64,000 nucleotides of DNA, taken from the NCBI GenBank assembly GCA_963695855.1, contig CAVOHZ010000010.1:416001-480000 (forward strand), written 5' to 3'. Shown here one piece after another: positions 55,059 through 64,000 of this stretch (positions within the stretch are counted from its first letter, which is position 1; every line of letters begins with the position of its first letter). Position numbers and translations under genes: made by a program. The notes under the pieces were generated by a model. The model saw nothing but the letters and a program-made list of their open reading frames with translations. It made no database searches and was not told where the DNA came from. The DNA is from an uncultured Nitrososphaerales archaeon (lineage in GTDB: Archaea; Thermoproteota; Nitrososphaeria; Nitrososphaerales; Nitrososphaeraceae).

Positions 55059-56128
55059 ATATTATACTAAACAGCCTTTGTATACGCTTACATATTCTTT
55101 TGTAATTTTGCTTATATGAAATAAAGGATTACATCATACAAGTCAGCCTTTTCCAAATATTTTTTATCATATATCTTGAGATTTTTAGGATGCTTTATGA
55201 TATCGGTGGAATTTATTCTGTCATAGAAACCATACAACGGTTTCTATTCACTCTATAGCATACATTTTACATCGAGAATTTCTTTCTTACATCATTATGT
55301 CTGATATTTTGTTGTTAACCTGCAAAATTTAATGTCTTTTTTATACATGGTTTCTATCTTATCATGGTTTCATTTCAAATACCAGCATCATTTTTTTTGG
55401 GTTGATGTGACTTGTCTGTAGTTCTTTGCCTGTTTCTTTCCATCATCATATTTTTGTGCTTGTTCTACTTTTTGTCTTTTACATCAAGTATCCAAATCTT
55501 TAGTACCGTTTGAAGATGTTCGAAGTTGATTTCGATATCAAGTTCTTCGGTGAGATAATTTCCAGTGACCTCAGACTCCAAGTATTTCTCACATGACCAA
55601 AAATGATGTGTTCATTAAAAGTACAAAAGGTAAAATGTCTCTATATTCATATGTTATACGCATTTTTTACTACCTGTCTTTTTCATTTTCCAAACCACTA
55701 GTTTTTGTCTGGAGTTAAGCTGATACATATCTCTGCACAGACTTAATTAATGTTCACATAGTGTTCCTTCGGTTTATCTTTAAAAGTTCTACCATTACTT
55801 GTGTGGAGCATTACATGAAACCTTCGATAATCTCTCTTGTCTCTACTATTTTTTCAACAGTCGGTAGTATTTTTTTATCAATGACTTTAGACTCTCATTC
55901 TCTGCTGTAATAAGACTGAGATTTTTAGAACCACGTACACACATTTATGATATTGTGATATAAGCTTTATTTACCGAAGAATTTAGACCTTGTAATTATA
56001 AAAATATAGCATCAATTGAGACATCGTACTTCTAGTCGTTTAGTAGAATACTGAATATCTCGGAAAGTGAATAACTGTCAAGTATTCAAGATAAAACAAT
56101 ATAAGAAGACAAAACAGAAGTACATAGA

Positions 56129-57490
56129 ATGAATAATGTTATTGAATATCCACCAGGTCCCAAAGATCTACTTCCCTATAGCATTGCTCGGAAATTTCTT
56201 CGAGATCCTCTTAAAACATTAATTGTCTTATCTGAAACTTATGGTGATATATCTCACTTTAAATTTGGTAAACAGGATGTCTATTTCCTGAATAATCCTA
56301 ATTACATTGAAGAAGTATTAGTAACTAATTACAAGAATTTTATTAAAAGTAGAGGATTGCAGGTATCAAAACGTCTGTTGGGCATAGGTTTGCTTACTAG
56401 TGAGGGCATTTATCATGATAAACAACGACACTTAATACAACCAACATTCTCCCCGACGAGAATCAGATCATACGTTGACGTGATGATTAAAAAAACTCTG
56501 AATAGCTGTGAAAAGTGGAATGAGGGGTCAATACTAGATATTCATAAAGAGATGACACGGCTTACATTGGAAATTATTTGTAAAACCGTATTAAGTTATG
56601 ATATTAAACCGGAGGATGATGAAGTAGGAGATTCACTTCTAACTTGTATGGAGTATTTTAATCGTCTTTTAATGCCGTTTGGTGAATTAATTGAAAAAAT
56701 CCCAATTTTACCAATCAATAAGGGATTTCAAAAAGCCAAAGGAAATCTAGATTCAATAGTTTTTAGAATAATCGACGAACATAGAGTCAAATTAGAGAAA
56801 AATGAGCAAGATAATGATCTATTATTTACTCTTTTACAGGCACAAGACTATGGTTCAGGCATTGGGAAGATGACTGACCAACAATTAAGAGATGAAGTAA
56901 TGACCATATTTTTGGCAGGACATGAAACAACCGCAAATGCGCTTACTTGGACATTTTATTTGTTATCCGAACATCCTACCATCGATGCTAGACTTCAAGA
57001 AGAAATTCATTCGATTTTTTGTAACAAAATAGATATGTCATTTCATGATATCTCAAAACTGCAATATACTGCAAAAGTACTGACAGAGTCTATGAGACTT
57101 TATCCACCTGCATGGGCTTTAGGACGTCAAGCGATTAATGATTGCAAAATTGGAAAATACATAATTCCGTCGGGTTCTATAATCTTAATGAGTCAATATG
57201 TGATGCACCGTAGTCAACATTATTTTCCCGAGCCTAACTCTTTTTATCCTGATCGTTGGACTGATGAATTTAAGAAAAGCCTGCCAAGATTTAGCTATTT
57301 TCCTTTTGGTGGTGGAATTAGAGGTTGCGTTGGAGAACCATTCGCATGGATGGAAGCAATTATCATTACAGCTGTCATAAACAGACTGTGGAAGATGAAT
57401 AGTACATTATCAAATAAGGTTGCTTTGAAACCATTGATAACATTGCGACCAAAGTACGGAATGCATCTGAAAATAACCAGAAGAGAATAA
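56129..57490 (+). CDS. Cytochrome P450
   Basis: AGHETT, ESMR (ExxR), PDRW, FGGGIRGCVG heme motif. Confidence 0.96.
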   Translation: MNNVIEYPPGPKDLLPYSIARKFLRDPLKTLIVLSETYGDISHFKFGKQDVYFLNNPNYIEEVLVTNYKNFIKSRGLQVSKRLLGIGLLTSEGIYHDKQRHLIQPTFSPTRIRSYVDVMIKKTLNSCEKWNEGSILDIHKEMTRLTLEIICKTVLSYDIKPEDDEVGDSLLTCMEYFNRLLMPFGELIEKIPILPINKGFQKAKGNLDSIVFRIIDEHRVKLEKNEQDNDLLFTLLQAQDYGSGIGKMTDQQLRDEVMTIFLAGHETTANALTWTFYLLSEHPTIDARLQEEIHSIFCNKIDMSFHDISKLQYTAKVLTESMRLYPPAWALGRQAINDCKIGKYIIPSGSIILMSQYVMHRSQHYFPEPNSFYPDRWTDEFKKSLPRFSYFPFGGGIRGCVGEPFAWMEAIIITAVINRLWKMNSTLSNKVALKPLITLRPKYGMHLKITRRE

Positions 57491-57662
57491 AAAAGAAATA
57501 TAATTTTATTTAAAATCCCAATTATCAAAAATCATTTTCAGATTATTAGACTCCTTGTTTCTTCTACTTTATACTCACATAGGACCGCTGTTATTGACAA
57601 ATGTTTCAGTCAAGCTTTAATCTATATAATACACATTTATCTTACTGATCTGTATATCCGAT

Positions 57663-59000
57663 ATGCAAAGAACTTCTACCATTAAAACTACTGTTAAGAC
57701 CAAAAAGGCCTATTCCCCATATGAGAAGTTTTTACGGTCAATCCATACCGAGGCAACCAGAACAGGATACAGTTATTACCTGAAACAGTTTCTGGAATAC
57801 TGTGGTTTTAATAAATATGAACAGTTACTTGTAAACATTTCTACCAAGAAGAAAGAAGATTTGATACGTAGTTACATTCAGTATCTGGTACAGGATAGAA
57901 AATTATCTTATTCAACTGTTAATAATACTACTGCAGCAATTCGTCTATTCTACGTAGCAAATGGTGTCTATCTGGCATTCTGGGAATCTTTGAAAAGTAT
58001 TAAAGGTAAAAATAAACTGATTATTAAGAATCGAACTTACACTGTTGACGAACTAAAATCATTGATTGAATATGCAGATTTGAGGGAAAAAGTTGCAGTT
58101 CTTGTAATGTTGTCAAGTGGAATTAGAGTTGGTGCACTTGCTAGGTTGAGGGTTGGTGATTTAAAGTATAATGAAGAATACAAACTGTATAGGATAGAGG
58201 CCTATAACAACGAGGAAGATGATACTACGGCAAATGATATGTACATTACCTATTGTACCCCAGAATGTGCTACTTATATCAACAAGTACTTGGAGGATCG
58301 TAAGAAAGGGGGTAAGGAAACCATTACTAAGGATTCACCACTTATCACGCATAAAATAGATTCTCCTACTAGAGATAGGAAAAAAAATTCCTATTTAAGT
58401 GTCAAGTCCATAGAAAAGGTGCTATCCAGGTTAAGGTACGATGCCAAAGTTATTGAACCTATTACAATGAAGGAATTGAGGAGGAAGGTAAGGGAGCAAC
58501 CCAATAAAAGGCCGTCTCAATTCATGCGCAAAGAAATAATGAGTACTCACGCATTTAGAAAATTCTTTGATACTGCATGTGTAGACAATAACGTCAACAT
58601 AAACATTATGAAGGCATTAATGGGTCATGATATCGGTCTACAAAAACACTACTACAAACCTGAAAATGAAAATAAGTTATTATCCGAGTACCTGAAGATA
58701 ATCGATGCTCTGACGGTAGATGAATCCTATAGGTTAAGACGCAAGACGGAGAAATTAGAAAAACAGGTTGAGGAAATCAACATATTAAAACAACAGATGA
58801 AGGAAAAAGATCAGGAATGGGGTAACGCATTACAGGATGCGTATTACACAAGTGAAGAATTAGAGACTATGAAAAAAGAATTTACTAAAGTTGTACAAGA
58901 ATCTTATGATTACCAAACCTACACAGAAGCAGAATTAGGGTTTTTAAGAAAACAATTAGAGATATTAAAACGTCAACTAAAAGAAAAGAATAAAAAATAA
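57663..59000 (+). CDS. Tyrosine recombinase/integrase with C-terminal coiled coil
   Basis: SGIRVGAL, HAFRK, LMGH, HYY catalytic residues. Confidence 0.93.
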   Translation: MQRTSTIKTTVKTKKAYSPYEKFLRSIHTEATRTGYSYYLKQFLEYCGFNKYEQLLVNISTKKKEDLIRSYIQYLVQDRKLSYSTVNNTTAAIRLFYVANGVYLAFWESLKSIKGKNKLIIKNRTYTVDELKSLIEYADLREKVAVLVMLSSGIRVGALARLRVGDLKYNEEYKLYRIEAYNNEEDDTTANDMYITYCTPECATYINKYLEDRKKGGKETITKDSPLITHKIDSPTRDRKKNSYLSVKSIEKVLSRLRYDAKVIEPITMKELRRKVREQPNKRPSQFMRKEIMSTHAFRKFFDTACVDNNVNINIMKALMGHDIGLQKHYYKPENENKLLSEYLKIIDALTVDESYRLRRKTEKLEKQVEEINILKQQMKEKDQEWGNALQDAYYTSEELETMKKEFTKVVQESYDYQTYTEAELGFLRKQLEILKRQLKEKNKK

Positions 59001-59010
59001 ATTTTCTTTC

Positions 59011-59028
59011 TGGATGAAATTTCATCCA
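59011..59028. repeat. Perfect 18-bp palindrome between convergent genes
   Basis: TGGATGAAATTTCATCCA. Confidence 0.85.
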
Positions 59029-59031
59029 AAA

Positions 59032-59202
59032 TTAGAAAGAATAGTCGTCGTCCTTGTGAGGAGCATCGTAAGCATTGCATTTCATGCATAATTCCAAGTC
59101 ACTACCAAATGTCCTTTCCAATTCTAAGTAATCCGTCTCTCTTCCACACTGATCACAATGGAAATAGTACCAGTACGGCTTACCGTCTACGGGTGAAGTC
59201 AT
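59032..59202 (-). CDS. Small zinc-ribbon protein (56 aa)
   Basis: Manual translation MTSPVDGKPYWYYFHCDQCGRET...LCMKCNAY.. Confidence 0.6.
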   Translation of the reverse strand: MTSPVDGKPYWYYFHCDQCGRETDYLELERTFGSDLELCMKCNAYDAPHKDDDYSF

Positions 59203-59387
59203 TTTATTTCGGTGCTACTGGAAAGCAAATGTTAAATCTGATGAAATAATATTTAGAATTACTACTTTCAGATTTGACATCATGGTAGATGTTTTTGCGC
59301 TGGAGGTGGTAAAGATTTCTAGAGAGGGTCTTGTTTGCCCTTGGCCCTCTCTCCTATTTTTCTTCTCAATTACAATATTTTTCATTT

Positions 59388-59522
59388 CTATTTTTTTCCT
59401 TTCTGCTGCATATAGTAGTCGAATAACCTTAGGATTATTCCTTCATAGGTTTCACCTTTGACGCCTATCTTTTTCAATTTCTCGCGTGTGTCACTATCAA
59501 CAACGATTGTTGTTCTTACCAT
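59388..59522 (-). CDS. Ribbon-helix-helix protein (44 aa)
   Basis: Manual translation MVRTTIVVDSDTREKLKKIGVKGETYEGIILRLFDYY.. Confidence 0.75.
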   Translation of the reverse strand: MVRTTIVVDSDTREKLKKIGVKGETYEGIILRLFDYYMQQKGKK

Positions 59523-59669
59523 ATTTTCATGAATGATGTTCATCATTATAATTACTTCTGATATAACATACTTATAAAGTATATGTCAGTATACAATTAA
59601 TGCATTAACAGTTATTCCATATGTAAGAATCATTATAGTATATATGATGGAATGTAATTAGAAATCTGT

Positions 59670-60743
59670 ATGACTAGCCCGACAAACGAAGAACGAATAG
59701 ACGAACTGATGAAAATGTTAAAACATGAGTCAGGTAAAATGAATTGGAAAGTAGTTGTAGATATAGTAAAAGAAGAATTGAAACCTTACCAGATACAAGG
59801 CTTTGCTCCTTCTCTTAGAACTATGTTTTATCGTCTATATTCAAAAGGCGTATTGCCCAATACCGAATATCATTACAATCAACTGAGCAAGGTCACGGCT
59901 GACGCAAGGATGGATAGACGTCTGCCGATAGATTGTTTTTCAGATTCAAGCAGAAACATGATAGCAGATTTCACAGAGGTTTATAAAACAATAGACGATT
60001 TTATGGACAGGGATTATCTGAAAAAAATAAAAGAACTGCCTGAAAAATATCCGGAACTTATACCAAGATGGCATCGACAACCTGAATATATTGAGGTCTG
60101 GATTGAAAAGGATGCTATGTTGGGAACATTTGAATCCATTCTTGAAGGAAGGGATGTTAGAATAGTTTCAAACAAAGGTTTTGACAGTCTATCATGGCTT
60201 TTGAAAAATGTAAAAAGATTGAGTATGTGGAGTAGGAAATGGGTTGATTCATCAATATTATTAGATGACCCAACGACGAGTAATTATAGACCCGCATTAA
60301 AGAATATTCATGTTCTGTATTTCGGTGACTTTGATCCATCAGGTGAAGATATGGATAGAGACCTGGAGAATAGGATTGATCTACTAAGGGAATACAAGCA
60401 TACAGGCATATCATTTGATGAAATAGATTTTCAGAGGATTGCAGTAACGAAAGATCAGATTAGAGAATATAATCTGCCGATAGATATAGATGCTGAAACC
60501 CAGGAGAAACTGGACAGGGATTCCAGAACCCCAGGATTCATAGAAAAATACGGCGAACTGTATGCTGTTGAACTTGATGCGTTGCCTGCTATTGTTCCCG
60601 ATGAATTTAGAGAATTGGTAATCGGTTCAGTTGACAAACATTTTGATGAAGATATCCATGAAGAAAATACGGCAGATTATTCTGAAGATGATACCAAGAA
60701 ATTAATAAAAAAATATTTAAAACAATTTTTAAAAGAATTCTGA
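59670..60743 (+). CDS. TopoVI-A/Spo11-like TOPRIM protein
   Basis: SLRTMFYRL, EVWIEKDAM, YFGDFDPSG, ELDAL. Confidence 0.85.
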   Translation: MTSPTNEERIDELMKMLKHESGKMNWKVVVDIVKEELKPYQIQGFAPSLRTMFYRLYSKGVLPNTEYHYNQLSKVTADARMDRRLPIDCFSDSSRNMIADFTEVYKTIDDFMDRDYLKKIKELPEKYPELIPRWHRQPEYIEVWIEKDAMLGTFESILEGRDVRIVSNKGFDSLSWLLKNVKRLSMWSRKWVDSSILLDDPTTSNYRPALKNIHVLYFGDFDPSGEDMDRDLENRIDLLREYKHTGISFDEIDFQRIAVTKDQIREYNLPIDIDAETQEKLDRDSRTPGFIEKYGELYAVELDALPAIVPDEFRELVIGSVDKHFDEDIHEENTADYSEDDTKKLIKKYLKQFLKEF

Positions 60744-60873
60744 TTTTTTGTGTGGCTAGTCACACAATCCACATTTTATTTTAAATTAAAATTTATTTTA
60801 TTTTAATCATTCAAAAATTTTTTGTGAAGATATTCCCATACTGGTTTATTAATAACAATTTTAATCCAAATAA

Positions 60874-61176
60874 ATGATAATCATGCAAAAAGAATTTGAA
60901 GAATTAGAACGTTGTGCGGATTGTGGTCATTATGGTGGTTACGAAGTGGTAGGAATTCCTGCTTATGATGATTCTGGTGCCCGTTGTTATCTCTGTGGCG
61001 AATCAGCAAAGACCAGATCACTGCCTTCTATGTTGTATCTAGATGGTGTAACAAATGAAGCACCACATTTTCGTTTTCTGATATGCAAGAATTGTATTGA
61101 TCACGCATATGAAGAACTAACACTGGCGTATAATTCAGAATCATATCAAGGATATGTACAAAGAATGTCCAGGTAA
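60874..61176 (+). CDS. Cys-rich zinc-binding protein
   Basis: CADC, CYLC, CKNC. Confidence 0.65.
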   Translation: MIIMQKEFEELERCADCGHYGGYEVVGIPAYDDSGARCYLCGESAKTRSLPSMLYLDGVTNEAPHFRFLICKNCIDHAYEELTLAYNSESYQGYVQRMSR

Positions 61177-61381
61177 AAATTTTAATTTTTCAGACTGAGT
61201 TAGGATATGACCACCGTGGCCACCGTGTCCAAAAATGTTTCATTATTACAATATTTCATATTGTACTTGTAGATCAGTTGCTATTCTTCTTATAGTCAAT
61301 ATTTCAGCATGATAAAATATTACAAGATTAGATAATGTTCCTTCCAACCATAGATATATTAAATTCGTATTTAACAATGCA

Positions 61382-62377
61382 ATGAGCGATAGTAAGAATA
61401 GAATCATAGTTTTTGCTTCTATACTGGGAGCAATACTGGCGACAAGTATACTGGCTCTAAACCCATCAACAATTACAAGTGCAGGTGCACAAATGGATGG
61501 AGACCAGTACGGATATGATAGGAACTATTACCAAGACGACAATAGATACGGATATGATAACCATGAAAAAAAGAGTTCTCATGGAGATATTCAGAAAATA
61601 AAGTGTGTAAACAGTAACATAAACGTCAATGGTGTAGATATTACCAAGATACCTCGAGACGACATTGCTGGTGTAGCGGCGGCAAATGAAGGAGGAACAG
61701 CAGCAGACGCAGCAAATACACAAAATGGTAACGGACTCGATAGAATAAACTTCGACAAGAATCTAGTAAACGTATGTGTAAATGTCAATGACAACGAACA
61801 GACAAAAATTACTCCTCCAGGTGAAACACCACCACCAGTAGAAGAAACAGCAACATTAACCGTAAATAAACAAGTTTTTGGTTGTACTGTTGTTATTGGT
61901 GGTGCAATGACTTGTGACCTACAAAATACTTCACCATTATGGCAGGCATGTGCCGATCCGACATCGGATATATTCGGTAACTCTTTCTGTGAAGGATTAC
62001 CAGAAGACACATTCAATATTGAAGTATTAGATGGGCAGGATAATCAAATTCGGCCCCCGTTTCAAGGATCTGCAATAGGAACAACAATTCCAAATCTGCA
62101 ACCAGGCAATTATCAAGTAAATGAGATAAAAAATCCGGATATTACTGTCGAGAACGAGTTAGTACGAAATGCAGATTCCCAAATAGGATGTCTTCTTAAC
62201 GGATTTGATGATGGCGGACAATTGTTTGCCTCATCACCGGGCATAATATATGAAGATATATGTTTTGAATATGAAGACGAACAGGGAAATGATTGCAGTA
62301 CATTGACATTAGCGCCAGGAGAAGAAAAGACATGCACAGTTAAGAACTACATACAACTTGCTTATCCCCAATCTTGA
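61382..62377 (+). CDS. Secreted Cys-rich protein with Ig/prealbumin-like domain
   Basis: Signal peptide, Tyr/Asp-rich segment, IQKIKCVNSNINVNG, PGEEKTCTVKN. Confidence 0.8.
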   Translation: MSDSKNRIIVFASILGAILATSILALNPSTITSAGAQMDGDQYGYDRNYYQDDNRYGYDNHEKKSSHGDIQKIKCVNSNINVNGVDITKIPRDDIAGVAAANEGGTAADAANTQNGNGLDRINFDKNLVNVCVNVNDNEQTKITPPGETPPPVEETATLTVNKQVFGCTVVIGGAMTCDLQNTSPLWQACADPTSDIFGNSFCEGLPEDTFNIEVLDGQDNQIRPPFQGSAIGTTIPNLQPGNYQVNEIKNPDITVENELVRNADSQIGCLLNGFDDGGQLFASSPGIIYEDICFEYEDEQGNDCSTLTLAPGEEKTCTVKNYIQLAYPQS

Positions 62378-62546
62378 TGTGACGGGGTAAACTCCACTTT
62401 TTTTTTATTTTGTTTCTAATCTGGGTTAATTAATTATTTGGGAATATACATTCCATTATCGATAAAGTCTCTTGCTAGCAATTTCTTTTTGGTTTCTTTC
62501 TCCTCTTCCGTAACCGTTACCAGTTTATCCATTGTATTCATCATCA

Positions 62547-63998
62547 TTACTCCCATGCGTTCCCCTTAAAGTCTACCTGTACTCCCTCCCTCCTTAAGGA
62601 CTCAATCCGATCCTTCGTAGGTTGGGGAGGCTGATCATTATGTGCTAACATACTATGAATAAGGTGCTGTTTGATGTCAGGAGATTCATTGTCGCAGTAG
62701 TTGCAGCCGTATAGTAATTCCATTGGTGCTCTTGTTGTCGTCTCTGTCGTCGATTCCTTGTCTTTCATATCTTTGTTATCGATTATGCCCTCAATCGATA
62801 TGAATGGGCTTATTTTGCCAAAAGGAGCAATATTTGGGCTCCGATTGTTATCGATTGGGCTAGGGGCAGTGTGGTATATTTTTACAAATTCATCTGGTGA
62901 AATCTTAGTTTTTCCCTCGTCGTTTAGTATCTGAAACCTATTTTCATCATTTAGATAATAAATAAGATTTTCCATGTTATACCCCTGACCCAATCGATAT
63001 GAAATCAACTGTGTTATTTTAGATAATATCCAATCTTCATTGATTTTTTCTGTAATTTTTTCATAAAGACCATTACTTTGTTGTGAAAGCACATCGATTG
63101 GCTTCATAATCGATATACTAGATATGCTTTCTGTGACCAATGGATAGTAAATATATTGCTTTGAGTTTATCTTGGAGTTTGTATAGTCGATTATTCCCTC
63201 GTTGACTAACTGATTTAGGAATGTTTGTTTTAGATTATCAGTCGAAATGGGTTTCTTTTTAACCTCCTTGTAAAAGTCGCAAAGTTCCCTTGTTGTTACT
63301 GCCACCACCTCTTCACATTTTTCTGATTTCTCACCCGTGTTTTGAATATCTACATGGCCATCCTTCGAATTGTAGCATGGGATGAAGACATCCCTTAAGA
63401 AGTCCAATTTAAATTTAGGCAGTCCCTCAAAATTCTGATTCATGGAAAGCACCTCCTTAAGGTCCTCGAGTTCAGCAATTACTGACGTTTCACCTTCCAG
63501 GACCAACAGTTTTCTAAGATTAAGTTTTACAACAGGAACGATATTCAGTAATGCAAAAACCCTTTTTAGAAATCTTACATCCATACCCTTGTTATGTGGT
63601 AGTTGTTTCTCCAACACGTCATTGTATGGAACCCAGACGCTTATCTTTCGGTTCTTATTTTTCTCTTTCAATTCTCTGATTTTGTGTTTTATTAGTAGGA
63701 CACACTGTTTTGTTAGGTCGATTCGTTCATTAGAGATTATTAGTTGTTCTTGAATTATATTCGGCATTCCGTAAGTTACCGCTATCAATTCGTTAGATTG
63801 TTTATACTTTTCAGGAACCATATTAGGAGACGTTGGAAGAATCCTGCTCTTTATCTCAGGCCATATCTCCCATTTTGATTCATCTTTTGCACTGCAGAAA
63901 ATACAGGCTGGCCAACCTCTAACCAATACTTTCTTAGTTTGATGACCCGTTCTGTCAGTATGATTTACAAAGTCATATTGCATCTCTCTTTTATCATG
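62547..63998 (-). CDS. Large putative replication/ATPase-like protein, 5'-truncated by the window edge
   Basis: Frame is open to the window edge; wHTH-like VTTRELCDFY..LNQLVNEGII; C-terminal CNYC..H..H finger. Confidence 0.6.
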   Translation of the reverse strand, partial: HDKREMQYDFVNHTDRTGHQTKKVLVRGWPACIFCSAKDESKWEIWPEIKSRILPTSPNMVPEKYKQSNELIAVTYGMPNIIQEQLIISNERIDLTKQCVLLIKHKIRELKEKNKNRKISVWVPYNDVLEKQLPHNKGMDVRFLKRVFALLNIVPVVKLNLRKLLVLEGETSVIAELEDLKEVLSMNQNFEGLPKFKLDFLRDVFIPCYNSKDGHVDIQNTGEKSEKCEEVVAVTTRELCDFYKEVKKKPISTDNLKQTFLNQLVNEGIIDYTNSKINSKQYIYYPLVTESISSISIMKPIDVLSQQSNGLYEKITEKINEDWILSKITQLISYRLGQGYNMENLIYYLNDENRFQILNDEGKTKISPDEFVKIYHTAPSPIDNNRSPNIAPFGKISPFISIEGIIDNKDMKDKESTTETTTRAPMELLYGCNYCDNESPDIKQHLIHSMLAHNDQPPQPTKDRIESLRREGVQVDFKGNAWE

Positions 63999-64000
63999 TT

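Larger units (their letters stand above)
57600..64000. mobile_element. Probable integrative element / provirus-like island, left part
   Basis: Integrase, RHH, TOPRIM, Zn-ribbon and ATPase-like genes in a cluster; att site not found; left boundary approximate. Confidence 0.65.

Noticed and set aside
55060-55900. Possible transposase remnant on the minus strand
   Set aside because: Only a DAG-like fragment among many stops; family not supportable
3657-63753. Many 60-140 aa ORFs antisense to or overlapping confident genes (e.g. 3657, 10817, 21289, 36068, 42887, 61591, 63442)
   Set aside because: Shadow ORFs without motifs

Overview
AT-rich archaeal DNA, most likely an ammonia-oxidising Nitrososphaeraceae member (Nitrosocosmicus-like). 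This assignment is inferred from aIF5A, type II MAP, ApgM, an LLM oxidoreductase, many cupredoxins and TATA promoters. A housekeeping core (~8.8-38.7 kb) holds aIF5A, carAB, folD, 5-FTHF cyclo-ligase, purD, purN, PiT/DUF47, apgM, map and tRNA-Pro(TGG). It is flanked by accessory DNA rich in secreted proteins, cupredoxins, decayed IS copies and local duplications, and the window ends inside a probable integrative element (tyrosine recombinase, RHH protein, TopoVI-A/TOPRIM protein, ATPase-like gene). Headline finding: carB is interrupted inside its conserved GEAGE|FDYSG motif by a 23-nt insert (14662-14684) carrying an in-frame stop and a frameshift. The insert folds into a bulge-helix-bulge whose canonical cut sites excise exactly those 23 nt and restore a ~1090-aa CarB, so it is a probable spliced archaeal mRNA intron outside cbf5. 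Also notable is a palindromic GTTAAC-N3-GTTMAC motif placed 5 bp upstream of the TATA box of several accessory genes.
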